A stretch of DNA of 64,000 bases from Octopus vulgaris. Lineage: Eukaryota. Position numbers and translations under genes: made by a program. The notes beneath the pieces were generated by a model. The model was not told where the DNA came from. It made no database searches and was given only the letters and a program-made list of their open reading frames with translations. The stretch covers positions 32,302,001-32,366,000 of the forward strand of contig OX597816.1 in the NCBI GenBank assembly GCA_951406725.2, in the 5' to 3' direction. Below are positions 26,296 to 38,012 of this stretch, piece after piece; the stretch's first letter is position 1, and every line of letters starts with the position of its first letter.

Positions 26296-27899
26296 TATAT
26301 ACTAAAAGCCACAATCCGTACTGACTATTCAGCTGGTTCCTGCGGAGAGCTATTTGGGCATGCGGCCCAAAAGTACAGACCTATAAGTAGAATAGCATGA
26401 CAACAGGTGAAGGACAGGTAATAATTCATTCTGCGATGCAATACTTCTATTGTTCCAGTCCCAAGTTCATTTCCATGTTAGCCAATTTCTACAAAAGTTC
26501 TTATCTCCACATAAAATTAACTTAGTGAATGCCATTTATCTTCCTCTTGATGTTTAGCGCCATCTGCTAAACGCCAACCAAAATTGCGTTTCTCAACCAA
26601 GATTTATCTGCAAGAAATAGCAACTGAAATGCCTCCAAATCAGCTCCCAATTCTGGATGACTAAGTGAAAATATAGGGCAGCCTTTCAATCTCAGCTATA
26701 ATATGTCTACGTAGAGTAAATATATCTGGCAAAAACAATCATCGAAATCTGAATATTAGTTAATCCAGATCACTTGTAATCTATAAAATAAATGAAGTAC
26801 TAATGAAACATAATTGATAATGCTATCCATCTATATTAAAGGTTTCAAGTTATCAAAATTGTTCAGTTTTGACAATACTAAATATAGCTAAGAGAGTGTA
26901 AAAAGCCATAATGTTAGAGAAGGTTTAATTTTTTAATGTACATTAATGATTAAATATATTTCTGCTGTAAAAAAAAAACGAAATACATTAACCTTGAGAA
27001 TTCTTTTAACTTCTACTTCTTACTGAGAAGTTTAACATACGTTTAGGGAAATCAATCAAATTATTTTGGATATATAGTATATAATCTAAATTATCAAGGC
27101 TATTTGGATTACTGAACGAAAGATATTTCAATTACTGATATAGGGTTTATAATCATTATGTAATTTTACGCGTAATTATTTAAAGAAGGCTTTTGCAATT
27201 TCATGACAATTTCAGCAATATTGGCTCCAAATTTGTACATTATACGTACACACATTCATACGCACTCACACACACAAACACATACACACACACACATACA
27301 CACACACTCACACACGCACATACACAGAAACATGCAAACACATATATACGTTGAATTAAGTACTTAGAGTGAGGCACCGTGACGTCTAGCAATTTCTTTC
27401 TATATACCAATATCATTATAATATTAACCTTCTTTTGCTTTATTTATATCCTTTTTTATATCACTTTTATAACTTTTATATCATTCTGTAGAAGATTTTT
27501 TATAAAATTTTATATTTTATATTCTTAATTTTTTATGTATTTATATATCCTTTAATGCATTTGTGTAGCTTCCAACGGTTTGCCATGGTTTGGCAGTTTA
27601 TAATACCTTTTCATGAAACTCACTGATTAATATAATATATTTTCATATTTGCAATTACACATTATATTTTATAAATGTTTATATTTTATATTTCATTTTT
27701 TACACATTCATGTTTCGTTTCATATACTTTGAGGTATTTTTATTTATAAAACATTGTTAAAAATTGACAGTTTGTAAATTTTCTATATAATTCACTGGAT
27801 ATATAAATCCTTATTTCATTATATATTTTAATCTTGTATTATATTCATTAAGTATATATATACTAAAATTTCTTTAATTATTGTATCTCAAACTACTCC

Positions 27900-28500
27900 T
27901 TTATACATTTGGTATATCCCTAATTTAATTAACCCATATATTGGATAACGTTTCTTATATCTTTTATTTATCCACTCGTCATGAAGCGAAATGTTCTGAT
28001 ATTAGTTTAACGTATACTGTAAATTCCTGTTCATGAGATAATTTAATCCCGCTATTCATTCATTGTGTAAATTTTTATCGTTCAAGACAAGAAAATACAC
28101 TGTTGAAGAAAAGATTTTATATTATTCGCTATATATTAAAGTATCCCATTATTAGTTTTTAGATATAATTTCTAGCTGTCTTCTAAAAACTGATTTAAAG
28201 TTTTCTGATTTGGCATTACAAATTTTCTAAGTTATAACATACTACTTCACTTATTCGCTGATTATGAATTCAACCAATAAATTTTATATTACTTATCCCT
28301 TGGGTTTTTCTTTATATTCTCCTTCAATATGATAAACAAAAGTATTGACCATTTTTCTCCCTATTTCCTCAAATTCCCGTCACTTCCCCATTAGGCATTC
28401 GCTTTTGTGCAGATAAAGCTGGATATAGGGTTCCAGTACATTGAAAATTTTGTAGATTGTCTGGCAATACTTGATTTATCACCATTGACAAGAATACGGC
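27900..28500 (-). mobile_element. Highly decayed PLE RT remnant (tentative)
   Basis: Minus-strand gataaatcaagtattgccagacaatc resembles gataacaaatactgcgccagacaattc in the PLE at about 53610. Otherwise AT-rich and decayed. Confidence 0.25.
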
Positions 28501-29246
28501 TGACAACACCCAAAGGGTTTGATTCTAAATAATTGGAGACTATTTCTACATATTGTCTTCCATGTGTAAGTAACTAGGTCGCCATTCTTTTCATCCGGAT
28601 TCGAAATATTTCCTCTGCTACTTTCTGAACTCTAGTAGACCTGACAATGTATGCATTACTATGTAAACTCATTCTGTCAGAGATATAGCAACAGAAGCAA
28701 TGTAAATGATTTGAGTTCTATCATTGATGTGAATATGTTAAAGCAGTGGCGGTATCATTTATGTCTGGGGTCTATGCAGTCTTCTGACGTGAACGGCTTC
28801 TTTCAAATGATGTACTGTTTTCATTAATAAATTAAAGGAGTCGCTTGAAATGGCCGTAATTTACACTAGTATATCTCCGTAGCACATTTATAGACGGCCA
28901 TACATAAACACACACAGAAACACACATACACACACAAATATAGGATAACTCTGTTAATTTAGAGCAGTTTAGAATTCTCATAAATAATAGCAAAACACGA
29001 CAAAGTTTCAACAATACACCTACTGGATCAAGCGGCCATACACATCTAAATAGTTACAATGATGTAAACCACAATGGAAAGCACCAATCATGGCCAAATT
29101 ATAATAGTAGAAATATTTATCACACTGCTGACACGGTAACAATACCGGTAAATGGAGTCGAGACTGCCTTATATACAAATGAATACGATAAATACTTATG
29201 CAGTGAAACATCAAAATGTCCATTGATTAATCTCTGTATGAATACA

Positions 29247-29580
29247 AATCTTGTATATAAATGTACTGTGCGCACAATGGGAGGGCCATATGTGTACAAT
29301 GTGTAGGCGGCTGATTCATTTAAGACTCGTTATCGTAACAAGGTCGCCAGCTTTAAGCCGATCAAGAGGAGACATTCAACATATTTCGCCGATATAGTAT
29401 GGCATGCGAAGGAGGATGAAATGAAGAACAACATGAATTTGTGTATAGTAAGGCACGTGAAAACATACAATGTATTTTCCAGAAGATGACATTGCAGCTC
29501 CGAAGAATCCCTATCTATTCCGTTGACTCATGAGAAGATCATTAATAGAATTTCTGAAAGAGTCTCGAGATGCCTACACC
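29247..29580 (+). pseudogene. PLE GIY-YIG endonuclease remnant
   Basis: One frame with stops: NLVYKCTV...YVYNV*AADSFKTRYRNKVASF...HSTYFADIVW...INRISERVSRCLH. Matches the PLE GIY-YIG pattern NxVYxxxV..YIG..FKxRYxNHxxSF..STxLSxxxW..LNxRxExxxxCRH. Confidence 0.75.
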
Positions 29581-30172
29581 CATATTAATGTACTTTCGCA
29601 AAATAAAATGCTAATAAATTTTGAGAAACTGTTAACATAATTTACTTAAAGGCATGGATGACTTAAGCTTACTTTTAACCCCATCTTATTCTTACAAATA
29701 CCAAGTAGATAGTTAATTGGCTGTTTGATCATGAGTGCACCAAACCTCACGAGTGCGTATGCTCACATTTCCGCCGATGCAAGTGTACTCGCGTAATGCA
29801 TCTTGCCCGAGGGCATTTATGCGTCCATGTTATTGAACGGTAATTATTAATACTTTTCTCGCTGTATTTCGTGTTCGTTTCTCTTGTTACCGTATGTGAT
29901 TTTATATTTGGTCTCTTTAAATGACAATATTTCTTCCGTCTGGCTGATTTTCTTTCTACAAAAGGAGAAGTTTTATTGCAGAACTGTTATTGTAAAGAGT
30001 TGTGTATATTTATTGCCCAATGATATATATCTGCAGTGCCAGACGCTTCTGAACCAATTGTTCTGTATCCCACCCATGAGGAATCGTTGTTAGATGTTTC
30101 GAGACATTTTTGATTAATAATCATTCTCGTATATCCCATCTTCCGCTTCTCATTTGCCATATACATACATAT

Positions 30173-30227
<55 letters not shown>

Positions 30228-30319
30228 CAACAAAATGAAATGAAAGAAGTTTTCACGGAGGTCTGCAGCATACTGAGGAGCTATACGAGAAATAAAACGA
30301 GAACGAATAGAAGTAAAAC

Positions 30320-31995
30320 TATAAGTAACTACACCCCTTCAAAAAGTATGAACAAAACTCTAGATCATTTCTGTGAATACTTCTCGAATTACCGATATCA
30401 ATATATACACATATAAAAATACAAGCCAAACTTCAGTAAAAATTAATGGGCTGAACTCAACAATTTTAAAGACGATAGAAGTATAGCAATCAAAGAGGCT
30501 GAGAAAAGGAGTGCAGTAAAATGTATAACTGTGTACTATATAACTTTAGTAGTATCTATATTAGAAGAAACAACATATTATGAAAAGGTCCAACGCTATA
30601 GTCTGCATAAAATAATGAGAAACCTAAAAACTATTATAAATTTATACATAGAAGGGCTCACCGTCAAAGAATACGATTATATGACCAACTTCAAAAGTAA
30701 ATCCAGTCAATTCTACGGTATTGCGAAAATAAGTAACGCATGCAGGATAACCACAAATATAATATTCCATACTCCTAATGACCTCAAATTGAGACCTAGG
30801 ATAGCAGGTCACGCATGCTAAACCCAACGCCTCAGTAACATTTTAGATACCCTCTAAAAACATTCCTGAAGCATATCAAATCAACATACTGGACGTCCTT
30901 GATATGCTCAATCACCTCCCTAAAACAATAAGGAAAATCACCCTACTAGTATCCTTCGATGTTGCCAACCGCTATTCTACTAATCCCCCACAGCCTACGA
31001 ATAGAGGCAATTCAGTTTTGGCTATAGGATTACGCCAGTGAAATACTACATCGCATGAAAAATGAATGCGTAATAGAAGGTCTAAAATTCATCTCGGAGA
31101 ATAACTACTATATCTTCAAAGAAAACTTATATCGACAAGAGTTAGGGATTGGAATGGGTACAAGAATGGCCCTTTGTCTGGTAGCATACTGATGCGATAT
31201 CTAGAAATCAGTCTTTTTCGTAAGGTACTAGAACAATACGACAACCCATTATCGCTCTAGGTAGAAAATAATTGGAAGAGGTGTCTGGATGACCGTTTCA
31301 TTCTTTGGCATGACAGTATAGAGAGATTAAAGAATTTGAAATACTTCTAAATTGACTTGACGCAAACATTCGATTCACGATAGAATATAGTCATCAACAA
31401 TTTCCTTTCCTCGACATACTCATTAAGAAATCTAACGAAAAATTAGAAACAGATATGTGCTATAAGCCCACGGACACCAAGCAATATTTACCATTCAATC
31501 TACACCACCCCTGACACACTAGAATGAATATCTGTTTCAACCTAGCAAAAGGGATCTGTACTATAGTTTCTAATACAAGCACCAGGGACACACGATTACA
31601 TAAACTAAAGAATTCACTCTTTACCTGGACTACCCACAATCACTAATTTATATATGCTTCCAACGTGCTCTACAAGTCAACATCCACAAACTCAGACATC
31701 CCAAATTAAAGGAGGATTTACAACCGAAAGCCAAGCTCTACTTTAAATATCCACACACAACACCATAAAAATGAATACTTCGGGACCATCCTCCAGAACA
31801 ACCCCTACTAAAGAGGGACCACAGAATGAATTTTCTCCTCCAAACGCACACCATTAGAATAGAAAGAGTAAAAGACAGCCAAAATTCAAACACAAGTAAA
31901 AGTAGGCTCGACAGCAACACTGAGCTCGTCATTTAAAAAATGCGGAAGACCTTCCTGTGGTATATTCGTCAACCTAATTGAGGGATCGGAGTTCT
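30320..31995 (+). mobile_element. Penelope-like retroelement (Neptune-type) RT pseudogene
   Basis: Collinear motifs across stops and frameshifts: IAIKEAEK, FYGIAKI, LRPRIAG, LVSFDV, YRQELGIGMGTRMA, WKRCLDD (YIDD), PFLDILI, YKPTDTKQYL..HHP, then Cys linker KCGRPSCG. Confidence 0.88.
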
Positions 31996-32572
31996 TAACA
32001 TGGATGTCTAGGTGCTGAGAATTTTTACCTGCGGGGTTCTATTTGTATCCCAGTAAGGTTGAAATTGCGGCTCTGGTGCAGTGTTCTCCTTGTCTTTTTG
32101 TAACCGGGGGTGAATGAGACGAGACGATGCATAGATTAATCCTATTAAAAGTTTTCTCTAGACTTAAATTTATACACATATATATCTTTATATATGAGGG
32201 GTGATGGCCGGCTCATGACTTTAAGGGTGTCACTTAAGGCCTGGTGCCCGAACTTCGGAGTTTGTGTTTTTTTAACTGGTTAGAGAATATAAAGGACCAC
32301 TGCAGTAAGTGTATGAATTTGAGAAGGAAATATATCTAATAAAACTACAATTAGTTGATCCTTGTCTACTTCATTTTACCCAAAACCAGGAAGCAACACA
32401 CACACATATATGTGTATATATATATATTCGGGTGGGGGAAACTTATATTGTAGAATCTGGTCATTTTGGCAGTGTGTACGTGCGATTAATAAGACGAAGA
32501 ACTGGCAGAGTCGTTAACACGCAGAGTGAAAGCTTCCCGGCATTTCATCACTCTCTCTCTCTCTACATTTTA

Positions 32573-32936
32573 GTGGAGGCGCAATGGCCCAGTGGTTAGG
32601 GCAGCGGACTCGCGGTTTCGATTCCCAGACCGGACGTTGGGAGTGTTTATTGAGCGAAAACACCTAAAAGCTCCACGAGGCTCCGGCAGGGATGGTGGTG
32701 ATCCCTGCTGTACTCTTTCACCACAACTTTCTCTTACTCCCTGTTTCTGTTGTACCTGTGTTTCAAGGGGCCGGCCTTGTCACTCTCTGTGTCATGCTGA
32801 ATATCCCCGAGAACTACGTTAACAGTACACGTTTCTGTGGAGTGTTCAGCCACTTACACGTTAATTTCACGAGCAGGCTGTTCCGTTGATTCGGATTAAC
32901 CGGAACTCTCATCGTCGTAATCGACGGAGTGCTTCC
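32573..32936 (+). mobile_element. tRNA-derived SINE family C
   Basis: A box TGGCCCAGTGG, B box GGTTTCGATTCC, internal hairpin gcagggat/atccctgc (32686-32708), and a 3' half shared with 10312-10617. Preceded by a short family-B-like head fragment at about 32495-32546. Confidence 0.8.
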
Positions 32937-34399
32937 ACCACGTGCGATTAATTTTAAAAGTATTGCACCGTTAGGTGATTCCTAACGCTGGGTTTAGACA
33001 TTTTGACTTATATTTTAGACTCGTCTTGTTCAGTGTTTGGATCTAGAAATAAGTCGTATGAAACTGAATATTTATTCTGTTGCAGAACATTTTACACCTT
33101 CCATAGTAACGGTGAAATTTAAGAACAATATTATCAATATTCTCCTATCGAAAAGAAAAGAATAACGTTTAGGAATTGACGTAAATCTTTTCAAAATCAA
33201 ACTACAAAATGCCAACAAAATGTTACCAATTTTCTTAATACCATAGAAACAAAATATATGTTTATATATTAGAAATTTCATACACTTTATGGGTAGGTAT
33301 CCAAGGAGCACGAGGTCAATGATGAGGAGATTTTATTGGCAATTCCGTTGATGAAACCGTTTTAGGCTAGCTCTCACACCAAATGAATGTTTACACATTC
33401 CTTCATACAGTTGATGTAATCAAGTTTACATTTAAACTTCGTATTATATTTAAATTACATTAATTAATGTTTCTGATCAAGTAGTGTACAAAACTTTTCA
33501 AAATGCAATAAACAGTAATTAGACACCTGAATCTGTGATAATTACAATTAAGCTGTCTGAGAAGAGATATTTTTCGGATAGACACTGTATGTCTTGGCGT
33601 ATAGGACACGTGTTTCCAGGACATTGATCTTGTCTACGAATAGCTGTCAGCATTTTTTCTACCCATGCGGTTCCTGGACTACAATATTTTACATATACGG
33701 ACTGGAGTCTCTAATATGCAATAAATTACATCGCTGGTTTAGATAATGATGATTGACGACGTAAATTGGTGGTTTTACACACAATGGCTGTAGAGAAAAT
33801 TCCTCTGCCCAGACATTTAATGCAAGTTTGTGTACACAGGCTTGTTAAAAATAATGTAGAGAGTTTTATTATACACAAGTATATAAGGGGCAATGGAAGT
33901 TTACTTGGGACACCAGAGGTATTACAAATGGTATATCTGTGCTGAACAAATCTCTTCTACGTAAATATCAGAAAGAAAGTTTACGACTATTCAGTTTCTT
34001 GGATCCTGCCTAAACTTTCCTTATAACTTGTCGCAAATCTCCTTCCCACAGAGAACACAGTAAAATGTGTAAATTGTTGCGAGATGTTTATTTCCAGATT
34101 CCAGTTTTGTTACATACAAATGCTACTGCTGTTGCATTTGTTGCTATATTTTCAGTGGCAATTTACTCAACTACCTTAAGTCTGAATCAGTTCGTCTAGA
34201 CGTTCCACAAAATATTTACGCCTCAGAATGCGCCTTCACAAAGTAAAAGTATTACCACACTTAACATTCTGATTGAATTGGAAATCAAATAAATGAGTTA
34301 TTTATGTTTGACAATAAAAATTACCACAGGCAATTTTTACGAAACAAACAAAAAAATATGCCATTGCATAATGCTACAAACTTTCCGAAGAGACAAGTT

Positions 34400-34520
34400 T
34401 ACATAATCTTTCCATTGCTACTATATAGTTTTTATAAATGACACAATGTCTACAGCTGGCTGTAAACTTAGAATTACATCATTCATTAACCGACGACATT
34501 AAATCACTTTGCGACCCGTT
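34400..34520 (+). mobile_element. Decayed CR1-group RT core fragment (tentative)
   Basis: ccattgcta..gtttttataaatgac resembles PLL..VFIND, followed by accgacgacattaaa (TDDIK, the FADD position). Confidence 0.35.
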
Positions 34521-35169
34521 GTCATGTCAGTGCCAATCAATATCTCTGCTGCAAAATTTACCAAATATTTAACATCTTAAAGTTACTTCTCTATAGTCTC
34601 CTCGTCCAATTAAACATATGGGATTAATAAACTTAACGCTACCGTTACCGCTATATAATAAATTGTGAACTTTTTTCACTCCATGAACATTATCATCAAT
34701 TATCCCAATCCAGATTCATGCATATAAAAAAAAAACAACATAAGTATACTTAGAATTTCTCATATGCGATGGTTTTCTCAAATTGGAGACTGAAATATAT
34801 TTTTGCGGTATATATTCAGGATAACTCTATAAAAATGCTTTATTGTTTTAACGCATTGAGGAAATGATAATGCAACTAAATTACGTCTTTGTATTAATGC
34901 ATACACGTAGATATTGACTGTTAGAAATGTTTGGGTGAAATATGAGAGGAACGTATTAATTATAAAACTTCTAGTGCCATATATATCCCACAGCCAGTCC
35001 TGCTGTGTCAACAGAGAACATGTTTGTTTTTTTAACTGATTAATAGAAAATACCTGCAATAATACATATCCCTAAAGTATTACCCTTATTTCCACACCTT
35101 TGGCATTCTTATACAAATCATTGGAATCTTCTTAAGCGACATTTAATTAGAAACTATGTCAAGTAGACT

Positions 35170-35600
35170 TCCCCATGTACTATACATGCCATCTTTCTGG
35201 CAACTTCATGATCCCGCGTGCATAGAAACTCCGATGGTTATCAGCCAAAATCTGTGTTATTTCAGGTCATCATCATTATTGAAATATTTACCATTCGATG
35301 AATTTCGCAAACTTGGAAATAAATTGAAATCTGAATGTGAGGATTAAATGGTGGATGTGACATCACTTCCGAAGCAATCTCCAATAGGTAGCAGGTACCT
35401 GTGTAGTTTAGCGCTAACATGGTGAAACACAATTCGTTCACGATTTGACATTTCTGGCCATTTTTTATTGATTGTGTCCTTCAGTTTCAGTAGTTGTTGG
35501 CAGTAAACATCTAACGTGATCATTTGGTTCCTTGGAAGCAGCACAAGACACACAACACCTTTATAAACCCACCAAATTGACAGCATGCTTGAAATGAAAG
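35170..35600 (-). mobile_element. Mariner (DD34D) transposase fragment
   Basis: MLSIWWVYKGVV..LLP..ITLDVYCQQLLKLK..KKWPE..NRERIVFHH, then HPP, SDFNLFPSL and FYARGIMKLPERW. Confidence 0.88.
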
Positions 35601-35604
35601 TATA

Positions 35605-36590
35605 GAGAGATTTAAAGAATTCCAAGCACATCTAATTGGACTTGATACAAATATTCAATTTAAGAGGGAATATAGCCATCAACAACGTTTATTCCTCGAT
35701 AACCTCATTAAGAAATCCAATAAAAAATAGAAACTGACGTACTATTAGCCCACGGACTCCAAGCAATATCTGCCGTTCAACTCATGCCACCCCAGAGACA
35801 CTAGCATGAATATCCGTTTCAACCTGGTAAACAGATATATACTGTAGTATCAGATGCAAGCACATGAAGTAAAGAAGATAGTCATCAGCAGGAACAACCC
35901 ACAATCACTAATTGATATAGGTTTTCAACGTGCCATAGAACTCAACATCCACGAACTCAGACATCCCGAAGAAAATAAGGATTTACAAACAAAAGCCCTA
36001 CTATACATATCTGCACACAACACCTTAAACAATGAATCCTTCGACATAATCCTCCAGAACATTCTTTACTAAAACGTTACCACAGAAAAATCGAATCCTC
36101 CAAACACACACTGTCTTAAAGAGCAAAAGACAAACCAAGCCGATGAAAAGTCTTGTAACACAAGCCCATTTACACACATTAACGCCATGGAAACAGTCAG
36201 TATAAAAGTGCCGAAGACCTGACTACGGTATATGTGACACCCTATTTGAATGGTCGAAGTTCTCCTTTGAACAGAATCAACGCTCTACAGAGATTTAAAG
36301 CAACTTCACATGTACTTCAGAAAAGCTAATGCATGTGTTAACTTGATCCAGTTATCGTGAGCAATACATGGATCAAATTAAAAACACTCTACGCCATTGG
36401 ATGACCGTACATAGATCCCAGATTAAAATTCGGGAATTCAGGAAAACAGCATTAAAGAAATACGTCATTTGCGCCACAAACGAACAATCCACCTCAAAAT
36501 TTTACAGACTATATACGCAGGGACAATGCAACCTATAATCAGCGCATTAGCAAAAAATCATATTTTATCATAAAATATAAATCACTTTTG
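35605..36590 (+). mobile_element. Second Neptune-type PLE fragment (RT C-terminus plus GIY-YIG)
   Basis: Aligns with 31330-31995 (FLD, PTDSKQYLPFNSCHP) and continues into NFTCTSEKLMHVLT..EQYMDQIKNTLRHWMTVHR, a degenerate GIY-YIG. Confidence 0.8.
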
Positions 36591-37434
36591 ACTGATTTCA
36601 CCACGGATGAAAATACTACGAGTATCGTTGAATAATACCCACGCAAATACAAAAAACAGTGTATTCAAAACAGTTGCTACAAGTAAGTATGTACAAGTAA
36701 GTCTGTAAGTCATTAGGTGCAATCCTCTGTAAATACATATAGGTTAAAGTCACATTAAGAATACTACTATCAAACCTTCCAACTCTCCTCTAACTTATAC
36801 TTGGTATCACAACTCCACAAATTTGCCTAATAAAAACGGCGGGAGATCTATTCACTGATATGCACCTCCATTGGCTTTAAAAGTCAAAGGCCTCTATTAA
36901 TCATTCTTTGGAACAGTAGTCTCTAATTTCCGACGTAAACATAAGTATCTTTATATCTTTAATAGATCCATTTGAAATTATCCTATTCGTCTCCACAAAG
37001 TATAGAATCTATTATCACATAATCTAACCTACGTGAACGTAGCTCTTACTATCGAAATGCATACAACCCTAACATAGACCTACACAACGAAAACACTAGC
37101 ACTGCTCGCAGTAGCATATCCAAAGCCCTTTGCCCTACCACTTCAAATATCTTAAATATAGATAATATAATCCACACCACGGAGAGTAACGGGCGCATAG
37201 TTTAAACCGACGCTAGCACTAATAGGCATACAATATTAACTATATCATAACCACTACAACTAATAATACCTATACTACAGCTACTAATAGAACAAGCAAT
37301 AATATTAATATTAGCACCAACGACAATATTACTATTACTGAAAATGGTGCTACTACTAACACTCTAACCACAAACGCTACTATTAATAGTTCTAATAATA
37401 AAATCATTAATAACATCTTCACTGCTAATATTAA

Positions 37435-37435
<1 letters not shown>

Positions 37436-37511
<76 letters not shown>

Positions 37512-37555
37512 ACTACTACTACTGCTACTGCTGCTGCTGCTACTACTACCACTGC
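37436..37555. repeat. (TAC)n/(TGC)n microsatellite; continues as (TAC)n-(GAC)n at 37860-38040
   Basis: Direct reading; interrupted by the fold-back element at 37556-37857. Confidence 0.95.
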
Positions 37556-37857
37556 TACATTATTTACATTATTTACCTTATCTACATTCGACATATATTT
37601 GTCCTCATCTTCTTTGTTGTTAACACAACGTTTGTTGTTAACATAACGTTTCGGCTGATATACCCTCCAGCCTTCATCAGGTATCTTGGGAAATGAGAAC
37701 ACAGGTTCGAATTTTCCCCCAAAACACCTGAAGAAGGCTGGAGCGTCTATCAGCCGAAATATTGTGTTAACAAGAATCAAGATAAAGAAAAATATCCTTC
37801 GAATGTAAATAATGTAAAGAATGTACATAATTCCTCATCTCTTAAATATAGAACTCT
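37556..37857 (+). mobile_element. Fold-back PLE pLTR mini-element (family F3) with hammerheads on both strands
   Basis: Inverted arms centred near 37705. CTGATGA..GAAA on the minus strand (37685-37640) and CTGAAGA..GAAA on the plus strand (37723-37768). Inserted in (TAC)n. Confidence 0.75.
37723..37768 (+). ncRNA. Minimal type I hammerhead ribozyme
   Basis: aacac-CTGAAGA-a-ggctg[gagcgtctat]cagcc-GAAA-ta-TT-gtgtt: 5-bp stem I, 5-bp stem II, and palindromic AATATT in place of stem III, as in PLE minimal hammerheads. Confidence 0.7.
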
Positions 37858-37859
37858 TT

Positions 37860-37913
<54 letters not shown>

Positions 37914-37974
37914 GACGACGACGACGACGACGACGACAAGGACGACGACGACAAGGACGACGACGACAAGGACG

Positions 37975-38012
<38 letters not shown>

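Noticed and set aside
26340-26620. RTE-like RT remnant on the minus strand (similarly 1-470 and 28500-28830)
   Set aside because: Motif traces are too degraded to support by eye.
32573-32630. tRNA gene (also the heads at 48572, 52641 and 10312)
   Set aside because: A/B boxes are present but there is no full cloverleaf, and each continues into a SINE body.
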